A stretch of 64,000 bases of DNA from Octopus vulgaris (Eukaryota): NCBI GenBank assembly GCA_951406725.2, contig OX597818.1:25110001-25174000 (forward strand), in the 5' to 3' direction. The position numbers and the translations under genes are program-made. This document shows positions 38,545 through 50,720 of the stretch, in pieces; the first letter of the stretch is position 1, and each line of letters starts with the position of its first letter. The notes below the pieces were generated by a model. It ran no database searches, was not told the origin of the DNA, and worked only from the letters and a program-made list of their open reading frames with translations.

Positions 38545-40145
38545 CATCATCATTGTCACCATTTAACATCTTTGACACTGACATAGTTGGACAGTTCCAC
38601 ACGAACCAAAGAGCTGGAGGACTGAGCTTCAGTGTCTGTTTTCTGTGGCTGATTCCCTTCCTAATGCCAACCACCTTTCTGAGTGTACTGGGTGCTTGTT
38701 CCATGGCACCAACACTGGTGAGGTCACCAAGTAGCCCACAAGACAAAAAAGACCCCTTGACTAAGTGGAAGTGCAGTAGGGAGGGAGGCAGCTTTATGCC
38801 AGGTGTTGATGGTGACAGTGATGATAGAGACAGAGATAGGTGCCTTGCTGCAGAGGAGATGCTTACCTACTTCATATTATATAAGGTTGGTGGGGGTATA
38901 GTAGCTGGAAAGACACACATTTAGTGATCATAATTTCTTCATTCATACACATCACATAACCATACCAGTGCAGTCATCTCTCTTGTACACTACATCTGAT
39001 TCCTTTTGTACTTAATTTTTCTTTCAACACATTTGCACTTCATTGAACATACACAATGACATTGCACATCCAGAAGAACATACCAGCTTCATTTCATTTT
39101 ACTCTTTGCATGTCCTCTGCATTCTGGGTTCACATCTCACTCCATGAAGCATTGCTGTTCATACAAATGTGTCATACAATTTGCCTTTCTCAGAAAGAAA
39201 AACCTTTTATTACCAACAAAAGTAAGAGATCTCTGAACATTTTCCAACCGCTCTTATACTAGCAGCTACACTTTCAAAACATACTCCTCCACTACTAATT
39301 AGGTTACCTAGATAACAAAAATTATCAACTTCTTTTAGGGCCCTTTTGGACATTCAAGAAAATTTACTTCCTGTGTGCTCTTAGTGTTTACTTCTCCTAT
39401 ACACTTGCCACATACAAATTCTACTTTTTCTGTTCATGTTCCTGTAATTCCACTGCACTTTATGTATGTCCACAGTTTGCGCTAGGTACACCATATGGAA
39501 TTTCTACCTACACCTACTCTATAAGAAGCAGAGCCATTTTTCTGACCAAAATAAATAGTTTACTTTCCTGCTAACTAGAACTTTGGTCTTTAAGTTAATT
39601 CTAAATCTCTTTGATTTTAGATTTTGCTTCCACATCAGCAATTTCTTTTCTAATTCCACAACAAATTTTGTTATAAGAACAAAGTCATCAACATAAAGTA
39701 GTTCCCACAGGCAACCAGTCATAAACATTTTTGTTATCACCTCAAAGATTCTAATACAGCGTTTCCCAACCATTTTTCACCTATGGACCCCTTTGATACT
39801 TATATGAACCCTCCTGGCCATTTGATGTTTAAAAAAATCATTATATTTTTGTAATTAAATATGATTAGGAATGTATTAAAAAGTTGTTAAAATATTCTAT
39901 GTATTATAGAAGTATAACCAATTTTAATTTCAGATGAATTTTAACAACAATATCTTATATAGACCCACAAAGGCCTTATAGACCCCAGTTGAGAATCACT
40001 GCACTAATGCATAAGGGGACTGAGCACTGATGACTCCGCAAAATTTGCTGCTGTACCACTGTTAACTCACAATTCTGACAGCACCTCCTATACATGGCTT
40101 GTACAGTTCTCACAAGTCATTTGTCTACTCTTAACTTCTACAGAA
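38545..40145 (-). mobile_element. Degraded RTE LINE with 3' tail, interrupted by a hAT MITE
   Basis: GCLWELLYVDDFVLI, KQNLKSKRFRINLKTKVLV, SVLSPL; RTE-type tail at ~38545-38760. Confidence 0.7.
39757..40001 (+). mobile_element. hAT (Charlie-like) MITE, 245 bp
   Basis: TIRs CAGCGTTTCCCAAC / GTTGAGAATCACTG. Degenerate 8-bp flanks ttctaata / cactaatg. Splits the RTE RT coding region. Confidence 0.7.
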
Positions 40146-40339
40146 ATCAACAGTTAACAGAGTGAAGGAACTGTTGAAGGCTTTCCCCTGGTTGACAAAT
40201 GCTAGGGTACAATGACTTATTTTGGCTAATAGCAGGCTGATCTTTCGAGAGGTTAATATATGTGACAGAAAACGTGCCATAAAAAATACTTAAAGATCTA
40301 CTTTTCCAGCACGTCATTAAAACATCTTTTCCATTGTGT

Positions 40340-40780
40340 ACAGGTGTATCGGGAAGGAAGCAAAAAGAATCAAGATCTCTGTCCTCCTGCATGTGGGCCA
40401 TGAGTCCAACATCACCAAGCAGCTCAACGTCAGCCAGATGATTATCCACAGAGTCGCAGAGAGGCTCAAGGATGGGAAAGACCTCAAAGATCAGGCAGAC
40501 CTCAAGTTGTCAATTGTTTGGCTGTGAGAAAGGCATTCAAAAGTGATTCAAGCTCAAAATATCTGCACTTGTGAAGAACAACATCTTGGTGGTCACAGTG
40601 TCCAGGGCCATTGAGGAGGAGGGTGGCAAGAGCTTCAGGTGCCTGGGAAGGCTTCTGCTCATTGACTGTATGTGAGAACAATGTCAGGAATACTGTCATC
40701 ACCTTCTCAATGACTTGAAGTGTCATGGCAATTGAATTTTCACTTTTTCTGATGGAAAAACCTACGTTTTTATTATATTT
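40340..40780 (+). mobile_element. Tc1/mariner (maT/DD37D-like) 5' fragment
   Basis: TA|CAGGTGT start. HTH-like EAKRIKISVLLHVGHESNITKQLNVSQMIIHRVAERLKDGKDLKD, then decayed ...HHLLNDLK...FSDGK. Confidence 0.55.
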
Positions 40781-40895
40781 TTGCAAAATCATTGGTATTT
40801 TATTGTTATTTTAATTTTAATATTTCTATTATATGTAATTTTCTAGATGGTGTAATTTAATTGTTCATTTTCAATTGATAAAAGGTGGTTTTTTC

Positions 40896-40944
<49 letters not shown>

Positions 40945-41235
40945 GGTTAGTTTGCACTATTTTCAGCATGATACCACCATGCAGTTGAATTAACAAATAA
41001 TAATAAAGCAAAATATTTTTCAGTTGGAATTATTTTCCACTTTGAAGAAATCAAATATGCTCTAATGAAGCCCTTAATGGATTGTAGCATAATAATGCAC
41101 TAAAAGATGTGGAAGATGCACCTTGATAGCGGTGGAAATGTTACATAATACACATACACACACACAGAGACATATAATGAAACAGACTCTAAGGGGGCAA
41201 AAGTTGGTTTCAGCATCAGTAAGATTGGCGTTATT

Positions 41236-41842
41236 TTGTAAAAATTGATAAAAACTGTACAATGAATTTGTCACTGAGAGTGGGAAAATTCAACATTAAA
41301 GACAGGGTCCAAGAGAGAAAAGTTGACAGGAGAGAAATTATTGAGACAGCAAAATTTTACATCCTCTATGCTAAAAACCCCCCCAAAAAACAAAAAAAAA
41401 CAGTGCAACTAATAAGGAATGTAGGAATGCTTCATAAGTGATCAGGAAGTGGTAGTAGAGAAACAGTGTAAGAGAGGTAGAAATGGAAGAAAGAAATGTG
41501 GAATACAAACAAGAAGCAGGTCACGTCAAGACTGAGGTGACGGGGGAAACAATGAGGTGAGACAAAAATTGTTCGCTCTATTTCCTTGAGAATGTGAATT
41601 CAAGGTGTGTGGTGACAAGTTGGCTTGGCATATGGTATGCTATGCTTTGGATGTGCTGCCAAAAGCAATCAGCAAAGTGTTTCTCTCTCCTGCAACTTCC
41701 TGATCACTAATGAAGCATTCAAAGTCCTGTATTCCTTATCAGCTGCAGCATTTTTTTTTTTTTGACTTCAAGGATGTGACTCTGCTCTCTCATTAATTTT
41801 TCTCCTGTTAAAGTTCACTGTATTCTTTTCATCAATTTTACT
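41236..41842. repeat. Long imperfect inverted-repeat (foldback/MITE-like) element
   Basis: 41404-41465 (tgcaactaataaggaat...gaatgcttcataagtgatcaggaagt) is the reverse complement of 41678-41750. Pairing extends out to 41236/41842. Confidence 0.7.
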
Positions 41843-41865
41843 ATACACACATACACAAAGAACTA

Positions 41866-42022
41866 AGTCCACTCTACTGAGTGGTTGGTGTTAGAGAGGG
41901 CATCCAGCTGTAAAAACCAGCCAAAACAGTCACAGAAGTCTGGTGCAGGTTTTGGCCTGGCTGGCTCCTGTGGTACCATCCCACCCATGCTAGCCTGAGA
42001 CATGAACGTTAAATGATGATGA
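41866..42022 (+). mobile_element. RTE-tail short element
   Basis: gagtggttggtgttagagagggcatccagctgtaaaaacc...ccatgctagcctgagacatgaacgttaaatgatgatgat. Confidence 0.65.
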
Positions 42023-42038
42023 TATACATATATATATT

Positions 42039-42070
<32 letters not shown>

Positions 42071-42426
42071 CATATATGCACATACAACACAAATATATAC
42101 ACACATATATACACAAATATATACATTTTGGGTAAAAACCTCATAAGGCATGTTTAACAGCTTGTATGCTGTTGTATGACTATGTAATTATCTGATTGGT
42201 GAAAAGTATTATATCTTTTGAGTTGGTAAGTTCAGTACTTAATTGTATTTCACCCTATGAAGCATCTGCAGGCAGCTGTTGCTGAACATTATTGAAGTAC
42301 TTAGTAAATATTAAGAGTAATCTTACATAATGCTTTATGAATATGACCCCAGAAACTTAAAGCTGATGTGGGGTACAGAAATATATGTTGTGATCCACTA
42401 TTAAAGCCTGTTAACTTCCATCCTTG

Positions 42427-42475
<49 letters not shown>

Positions 42476-42892
42476 CATACACACACACATACAATATATG
42501 ACTATGCCAGTACAAGCCAACCAGTCTCCTAACAGATACCATAATGAAGAGGTGGAGTGGTTTTGTTGTATTTGACTTGAATTGAAAATTCTGGCAATGT
42601 GCATTGTTTCTAAGCTTAACACAATATATACATATATATATACATAGGTAGGTAGGTAGATAGAGATAGAGACATCGGCAGAGAGAGAGAGAGAGGCAGA
42701 CAGACATACTCATCAGCATCATTATTTCAGATTCATTGTCCATACTTGCAGTTTGGATAAGTATGCCAACAGAGCTGAATGCAAAAATAGCATCAGCAGA
42801 ACAGCATGAAAATATACAACTAAAAAGCAAACAAGAAAAATTGGGACCCCATGCCATATGCCCCTGTACATGCATATGAAAATATATATATA

Positions 42893-43972
42893 CTAGCTTA
42901 AGGTGACCCGCTCTATGTGCGGGTGAGGGTGTGGTTGTTACTTTCTGTTGCTTCCTTTCTGTTTCTTACTGCCACATTCTCCCTCTTTGTTTCTCTCTCC
43001 TTTCTCTCTCACTTTCCCACTCTGCCTTTCTCTTGGACTCTTCCTCACTTTCTCTTACTCTCTATCTGTCTCTATCTATCTCTCTCCCATTTATAAAGAA
43101 CAAAAGATCTTGAGTAAGTTGAGAAAGAAAATATTTTGAAAGATTAATCATAAATATTAGGCAGTGACAACGAAAAGCGTACTTGCCTTTTGTACGTGCC
43201 ACGATTTGAGTGATTAAAAATAAGGATTTCTTTGTTAAATTTAGTACTTATTTTGGGAATTTTTTGACGATTGACAATGCAAATGAAAGCTCTAAACACA
43301 GGCTACATGCGGCTGTGAATTTCTTTCAGAAAAAATGAAAACTGTAAACAATAAAAAATAAAAGGCAAAAATACGTAAAAATAAGAAATTTTTCAACTTC
43401 AAAAATCTTGCCTTAATTTTCAAAATTTCAAACCCATTTTCCGTGCTTAAATTACAAATCTGCTTCCACTTTACCATGTTGAAACTTTGACTGAAATCAG
43501 GCAAAAGGTGTCCACTCTAGACCTCCAAGTATCCCCCAAAATCAATAAAATCCCCGTTTTCACAGCGAAGCAACCACTGTAGCGCCCCAAAATGTCTCCC
43601 AATCAATTTCTCACCTCAAGTTACCCCCTCCTGTAAATTTTAATCCCCTTCCAACCCTATTTAGACCCCTGTTTATATAAAAATCCAATTTGTATCCACG
43701 TTCGCCTTCTTCATTTTATAGATTAGATTAGATGCCAATCGCGCCAATCTGGAGGGGCTTACAGCCCCCTTGAATTGATAAAAAAATCACTCTTCTCACC
43801 ATAGCAACTGCATCTTCCCAGATGGCAAGTTTTAACCTACTCAACTCTCTGCCTCATCACGCCTTCTATGCCTGTGTCAATTTTCAGCTCAAACCGACCA
43901 CTGGTCTGGCTGCCAACCTCTGACGTAACAAAATGTGCACACAATTTTGACCCAAAGCCTCTTTTATATAGA
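42893..43972 (-). mobile_element. Non-autonomous Helitron (~1.08 kb)
   Basis: 3' end: hairpin ACCCGC(42906-11)/GCGGGT(42919-24), then CTAG|T at 42893-96. 5' end TCTATATAAAAG at 43972-43961. Confidence 0.7.
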
Positions 43973-44090
43973 CTAACTTAAGGTGACCTGCTCTATGCGT
44001 GGATGATGGTGTGGTTGTTCCCATCCAAAAATGAGACAAATAACCAAAAAATCAAACAACTTTTTTGCATTTCAGCTTTACAGATATTGA
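43973..44090 (-). mobile_element. Mini-Helitron joined head-to-tail to 42893-43972
   Basis: Repeats the 3' terminus (ctaacttaaggtgacctgctctatgcgtggat...gtggttgtt). Its other end (atgagacaaa...gcatttcagcttta.agatat) recurs at 44607-44650. Confidence 0.55.
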
Positions 44091-44646
44091 TTATATATAT
44101 ACACATATATATATGCATACACATTATATATATATATATTTATATACACACGTATATATAAATTAATACAATATATCTGATTAATAATATCTGTTATGAT
44201 TGTGCGATGGGGGTGGGTGATAATAACTTACCATTCTAAAAGATGTGTGGTGGGAACATTTAAACTTTTGCGGCTGTCAACGCTTTCTCTCTAGAGATAC
44301 AGACGTACAGTGAGAGAGGTGGTGGGAAAAGAGTGACAGAGAGACGGCGAAGCTGTCAAACATCGTTATAGAGAGAAATTGGAGGGAAGTAAGGAAAGAG
44401 AGAGATGAAGGAAGACAGGCTGATATGCGAAAGTGAGAAACGACAAACACTTGTCAAAATGTGGGTTTTGTTGCCCTAGTAACCACAGCTTTTGAAATAG
44501 AGGTTTCTAAGCTAGTCCACTCACTTCCTTGCCTCTTTTTACATGTCTCTGTAAATTTTGGAGCCAATCTGACTCCATCTAGTGCCCATTAACCTGTTCC
44601 AATCCCAAAATGAGACAAACAAATTTTTCGCATTTCAGCTTTATAG

Positions 44647-44729
<83 letters not shown>

Positions 44730-44924
44730 TTATATATATATATATATGTATATATATAAATGTTCACACACACACATGTATATATAAATATATACATGCA
44801 TATATAATATATATATATATCCACACACACACACACACACATATATATATACACACACACACACACACTTACATAGTTACATATATAGATATATATTTAC
44901 AACTATACACATTACATTTATATA

Positions 44925-46196
44925 CAGGGTGTGGACGGTATTTATTTGCAATTTTCAACACCTTTTTTTTACACATACTTTTTTTTACTTTTGTTGTTGG
45001 TCTTTTTCTTCTTAAAAACAAATCATTTTTGCTTTATTTATTTTTTCAGAATAATTGACTATGGAAAATTTTGAACCCCCTATTTGTGGAAGAGGAATGA
45101 AGTCATCCTTGGAATCTGCACTAGAAGGGAATAGAAGATTTCAGACTTCCTCAACGTCAGCAGAAAGATGGTGGAAAAGGTCAGAAAGGAGCTGGAAAAC
45201 TCAGGATTTGATTACAAGGTAACAGCAGAGAGGAAAACCCATGATTGATGACCTGGCACCATGAGAATACCAGAATTTGTTGAAATTCATGGAAATCATC
45301 AACAATGAACTCAGCAAGTTGTTATGTGCCATTACAAGGGAGAAAGATGTGGATGAAAACCTCATCAGGCTGGTGGAGCATAAGAATATTCACTACTTTT
45401 CATACAAGATGAGGAAGGGGCAATTTCTGTCCAAGGCAATGCAGGAAAAGTGACTGAAGCACATTAATAAGCTGATCAACAAGTTGAAACACTCACCGGA
45501 GCCAGATATTCTGTGGTTCTTCTCCAATAAGAATTTCTGCCAAGACCAGATCAACTCCCAGAATGACAGGTGGCTCACTTTCTCACTCAGACACGCCCAG
45601 TGTCATGCAGTTGGAATTTCCAGCGACAATCATGGTCTTTGGTGTCATCAGCAGTGAAGGTGATGTCATGCCACCTCACTTTTTCCTTGAGAACCTCTGA
45701 CTGAACCCTGATGGCTACATCTATGTTCTGGTTCTGAGTCAAGTGATGAAGCCCTGGATCAACTGGGTAGCTGCAGAGAGATCATACATGTGGCAGCAAG
45801 ACACTGCACCTTGCTACACCAGCTCAAAGTCCTAGACTGGTCATTTGAGAATTTCTTTGATTACACAACACCTGATATTTGGCTTCCAACTTGCCTGCCT
45901 GCAACCCCTTTGATTTCTTTGGTGGAACAACAGACCAATAAATCCAGCTGTATGTAATATGTAGGTCACACTAAGAGCCAGGATTATCAGGGCCTTCAGG
46001 AGCCTAAAACGGGAGATAGTGACAAAGGCCTGTGGCCAGTTCCAAGGTTGCTAATAGACTGTTATCAAGAGAGATCGACAGTACATGTCATGAAGACAAA
46101 CTGATCCAAATTAGCTGAATATATCTCACAAAATAGAAACAGTATTTTATATTTTTGTGAATCAGTCATCATGTGAACAATACCATCTGCATCCCA
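44925..46196 (+). mobile_element. Tc1/mariner (maT/DD37D-like) transposon, near full length, pseudogenised
   Basis: TA|CAGGGTGTGGACGGTATT, with a degenerate right TIR aataccatctgcatccca|ta. Remnants WFFSNKNFCQDQ..NSQNDRW, IMVFGVISSEGDVMPPHFF, VMKPWI, YMWQQDTAPCYTS. Confidence 0.8.
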
Positions 46197-46204
46197 TATA
46201 TAAG

Positions 46205-46566
46205 TGCTGGTATGGCTGTATGATAAGAAGTTTGCTTTACAACTACACAGTTTCAGGTTCAGTCCCACTGCATGGCACTTTGAGCAAATGTCTCCTACTA
46301 TAGCCATAGGCCAACCAAATCCTTGTGAGTGAATTTGATAGACAGAAACTGAAAGAATCCCATCATGTGTGTGTGTGTGTGTTTGTTTCCCCACTGCTTG
46401 ACAATTCATGTTGGTTTGTTTACATTTTTATAGCTTAGTGGTTAGAGAAACGAAGCCAATAAAATAAGTACCAGACTTTAAATATAATACTGGGGTTGAT
46501 TTGTTCAACTAAAACCTTTGAAGTGTCCCATCATGACTACAGTTCAATGAATGAAACATGTAAGAG
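46205..46566 (+). mobile_element. tRNA/CORE-like SINE with CR1-group-type tail
   Basis: Same head as 20690; tail gtgtcccatcatgactacagttcaatgaatgaaacatgtaagagat. Confidence 0.7.
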
Positions 46567-46621
46567 ATATGCACACACCCACCCATATATATATACCTAT
46601 ACATGCAGACATCTGTAAATA

Positions 46622-46687
<66 letters not shown>

Positions 46688-47034
46688 ATCATCATCACTT
46701 AACATCTGTTGCTCATACTGACATGGGTTGGACAGTTTGACTGAAAATTGGCAAGCTATTCTTAGTGACCGAAGCAGTATTAGTACTGAAAAAGAAGCTA
46801 TATATCTTACTTAATGTGAAAATGTTAATGGAATACTAAAATACTGTAGTAGTTGTCTTGAGAAGGCATCTTGTTTAGATGAGTAAAGCGAAAAGGTATA
46901 GAAGCATAAGTAGCAGATGAAAAACATCTACCAACAATTGTGGAACTGCTAGATCATGTGATTTCTGTGAAGAAGTGCATTGTGACCAGTGGTATAATAA
47001 CATCGATGAAGTATTTATATATATATACATTATT

Positions 47035-47470
47035 CATCATCATCATTTAACATCCGTTTTCCATGCTAGCATGGGTTGGACGGTTCGACTGGGGTCTGGG
47101 AAGCCGGGAGGCTGCGCCAGGCTCTAGCCTGATCTGGCAGTATTTCTACAGCTGGATGCCCTTTCTAACCCCAACCACTCCGTGAGTGTAGTGGGTGCTT
47201 TTTATGTGCCACTGGCACAGGCCAGAGGGGGCTGGCAAATGGCTGTGATCTGTTGGTGCTTTTTACATGTCACCGACACAGACACCAGTCAGGAGGCGCT
47301 GGCATCGGCCACATTCGGATGGTGCTTTTTACATGCCACCGGCACGGGTATCACAACTACAATTTCCATTTGATTTTTATTTTGACTCAATAGGTCTCCT
47401 CAAGCACAGTGGGTCATCCTACGATCCAAGGTTAGCACAGCAGGCTGTCCTGCAAGCCATGAACTCACTC
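47035..47470 (-). mobile_element. RTE 3'-UTR-derived element
   Basis: (ATC)n, tttaacatccgttttccatgctagcatgggttggacgg...ggatgccctttctaaccccaaccactcc, and ggtgcttttt repeats. Confidence 0.75.
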
Positions 47471-48214
47471 AGATTAAGAGTGGAAAAGTAACTCAATATA
47501 CCGAATTTGAAAAATTTCACTTTATTTTAGAATTTCGAAATTTATGACAGCTACAGAAAAGATATCTTTTTGTCTCTCATTTTTCGCTTTCTCATAGTAA
47601 ATTTCCCCCACTCTATACATTTTCACCACACTCTCTCTCTCACTCTTTATAAGAGTATATTGCTTATGCTGAGTGTGTGTATGCTTATTAATGTTTGTAA
47701 AGAATTTCATCAAGTTGACAGGATGATTTAAAAAAGATTTGTAAATGATATATTATTTTAATAGCATACTTTTCTGTTTGCAAATACGTTTGCGTACACA
47801 CATGCGTTAACAGATGGATTTGTTTGATATGGGTGGTGGAAAGGTGGGGTTAATGACAAAATTTTAAAAAATTTCACTATTGTTTTTATATTACATTTTC
47901 CGAAATGGTGATCACCTATTTCCAAAAATTGTTTCTTTCAACATTCAAGGATCCTCCCATCATTTCTAAGTGCATAGTGGGGGGGGGGGGAGTCAAGATC
48001 AGTACTAATTTTGGGGGTTTAAAAAAATACTCAATAATCTTTTTTATCCAAAGCGTTCCTTGCATCATTTGCAAGGGATTGGGGGAAGAAAAATTTGAAA
48101 AACTCTTGTCAAAATAAAGAAAATCCAGGTTTGCTATTCCGAAAGCCTGTCAAGGTAATCTATTGTGAAAATTACACAGCAACTATGAGATACTCACCAA
48201 TATGTATATATATA

Positions 48215-48278
<64 letters not shown>

Positions 48279-48316
48279 CATACATATGTATATACATATA
48301 TATATATATATATATA

Positions 48317-48988
48317 TAATACTAAGCAATTAAGGGTTTAGCAACGAATTGCCTCACCAACACACCGAATATAGAAATAGCAGTCAAAGAGATATAGCTA
48401 TTCCTTCTACTAAAAGGGAGATCTCAGTAAAAACACAGCACTTGAAAGGCAAACACAGACAGGTAAGAAAGAATGAAATGACGGCAATCTATCATACAAT
48501 TTTAAGTTACCTACGGACGTACGTTTCGAAATCAAGTTTTAGGAAAGCATAAGAATTAGAAAATTCTACCTTACCCAAACTTCTTTTCTCATCGGCGTAG
48601 GATACTACAATTATGAATAATTGTATATTAAATTTTGAGATACTAGAAGGTATTATCTCAACTCAGTGTCAGAGCGAGCCAAAGCATGACCAGTACCACG
48701 AAATTCAAAGTGTGAATGAAAGTTTGTGTCACCAGCCCCCTTCCACCCGCGTGTAGCCAAGACAAGATGCTGTGGTCATTTACTGGGATAAAATATCAGT
48801 AACAATAAAGGGTGAAATTAATTAATTTGGAATAATTATCAATTACACCAAGTAGATTTCGGCATGTAAAAGCCTCATTCGAGGAAAATTTAAGTAATAC
48901 TAAGCAATTAAGGGTTTAGCAACGAATTGCCTCACCAACACACCGAATTTAGAAATAGCAGTCAAAGAGATATAGCTATTCCTTCTAC

Positions 48989-48990
<2 letters not shown>
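48317..48990 (-). mobile_element. 578-bp non-coding unit with ~96-bp terminal redundancy and hammerhead ribozyme (retrozyme / Penelope pLTR-like)
   Basis: 48317-48412 repeats at 48895-48990 with 1 mismatch (period 578). (TA)n on both sides. Hammerhead fold at 48510-48601. Confidence 0.75.
48510..48601 (-). ncRNA. Type-I hammerhead ribozyme (U4C core variant, long stem II)
   Basis: Minus strand CCTACG-CCGATGA-GAAA...TTTC-GAAA-CGTACG-TC-CGTAGG: 6-bp stem I, extended stem II, palindromic stem III ACGTACGT, GUC cleavage triplet at 48518-48516. Confidence 0.7.
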
Positions 48991-49020
<30 letters not shown>

Positions 49021-49974
49021 TATATATACATATGCATATATATACATATACATACATAGAACTTGGTAAATTGAGTAAATTAATATTGGATAAATATATT
49101 AATAAATTAAATAAACTAAACTACCTAAACTTATGGACTAGTAATAATAATACTCTAAATTGGTTTTATAATATTAAAGAAGAAAAAAATCGATATAAAT
49201 TTATTCAAATAGATATAGATAATTATTACTCTTCTATTAATGAAATTGTGTTTAATAAGGCCCTAATATTGCAATGAATAAGGTAGGAATGACTTATGAT
49301 GAAGTTAATGTAATTAAAATGGCTAGGAAATCATTTATTAGATATAATAATAAATTATGGGCTAGGAAGGATACTAGGGACTATTTTGATATACCTATGG
49401 GGGCACTCGATTCTGCACAAGCTACGGATTTAGTAGGTATTTATTTATTATCTGAACTTCAATTAGAAAATTTAAAGTTGGAGGGTGGTTTATATATGGA
49501 TGACCTTTTATTAATTACTAGGAATTGCACTAATAGAAAACTTGAATTATATAAGAAGAAACTATATAGTTTCTTTAAAAGATATGGTTTAAGTATTACT
49601 ATATATAAGGAGAACTATAATGTAAATTATTTGGGTGTTAATTTTAATTTGATAATAGGTAAAACCCAACCATATCATAAATTTAATAAAAACCTTAGAT
49701 ATATAAATGCTAATAGTAATCACCCACCCTCAATTAAAAAATCATTGATAAATAATGTTAGTAAACGAATATCATTACTTTCTTATGATTGAGAGATTCT
49801 CAATAAACACACACCTTATAATGAAGCCCTGCAAGAGGCAGGATATAATAATAAGATTAAATTCTTTAATAATAATAATAACTAGCAGAATTGCCCGGCG
49901 TTGCTCGGGGCTGAATTACTTGAAAGTACTGTTAATGATTGCACTGAATGATGATGATTATTCAGGCAAATATT

Positions 49975-50490
49975 GATATAAGTTTACGCTGGGAGATAAG
50001 GACTTAACGATCAAACGTGTGCCATTGCATTGTTTTGGGGGAACCAAATTTCTGATGAGCATTATAGGGGCACCAACTTTAAGTTTGAGAATGTGTGGTG
50101 GTAGTCCGGGGTGCTCAAAGGAATTGAGTACCTCTATTGGATAGTTGATGACGTCCTCTGGGTCAGGAGTTGTATCGATAGACTGATATACATAGACTTC
50201 CCCAGGAATGAGTTTTAGCATTTCATCATTAATATGGTGAACAGTTTTATTCCTCGGGGCCAGTATAGCCTTTTTGCCAATCCAATCCATATTCTGATAA
50301 TTAGCTTGTAGATCTTGGAACACTGCATCAGAAGGCGTCTTAACAATGGTACAAATGGAATCGATGGCAATATTACCATTTTCAACCCCTGGTATTTTGC
50401 CTTCGCCAAGTGCAATGAGGGTGTGAGGAAATGCTGCTGATGTGATATTACGTCGCATATGAGCACGCATATTGGTGTGAAGTTTGAGAG
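49975..50490 (-). pseudogene. Helitron PIF1-like helicase fragment
   Basis: LKLHTNMRAH, KKAILAPRNKTVHHIN, YPIEVLNSFEHPGLPPHILKLKVGAPIMLIRNL..KQCNGTRLIVKSL. Confidence 0.9.
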
Positions 50491-50720
50491 TTACTTCCCT
50501 TAATTTTAAAAAATGCATTAAAATGGGGAAAAATGATGGTAAATTATTTGTAAAATCGTAGACTCATTGTAGACGCGCGCTAATACCCAGAAGGGCTCGA
50601 TATGAATCACGACTATAAGATACTCGGTTTTGGTTAAACTGCATCGCAAAATGTGGGAGTAGTTAGGAATCTAAATCAGAGTAGACAGACACACAACCTT
50701 TCTTTTATATATAAAGAGAT

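Noticed and set aside
47490-48200. Probable repeat-derived segment between microsatellites
   Set aside because: I could not define termini, TSD or coding remnants, so it is not classified.
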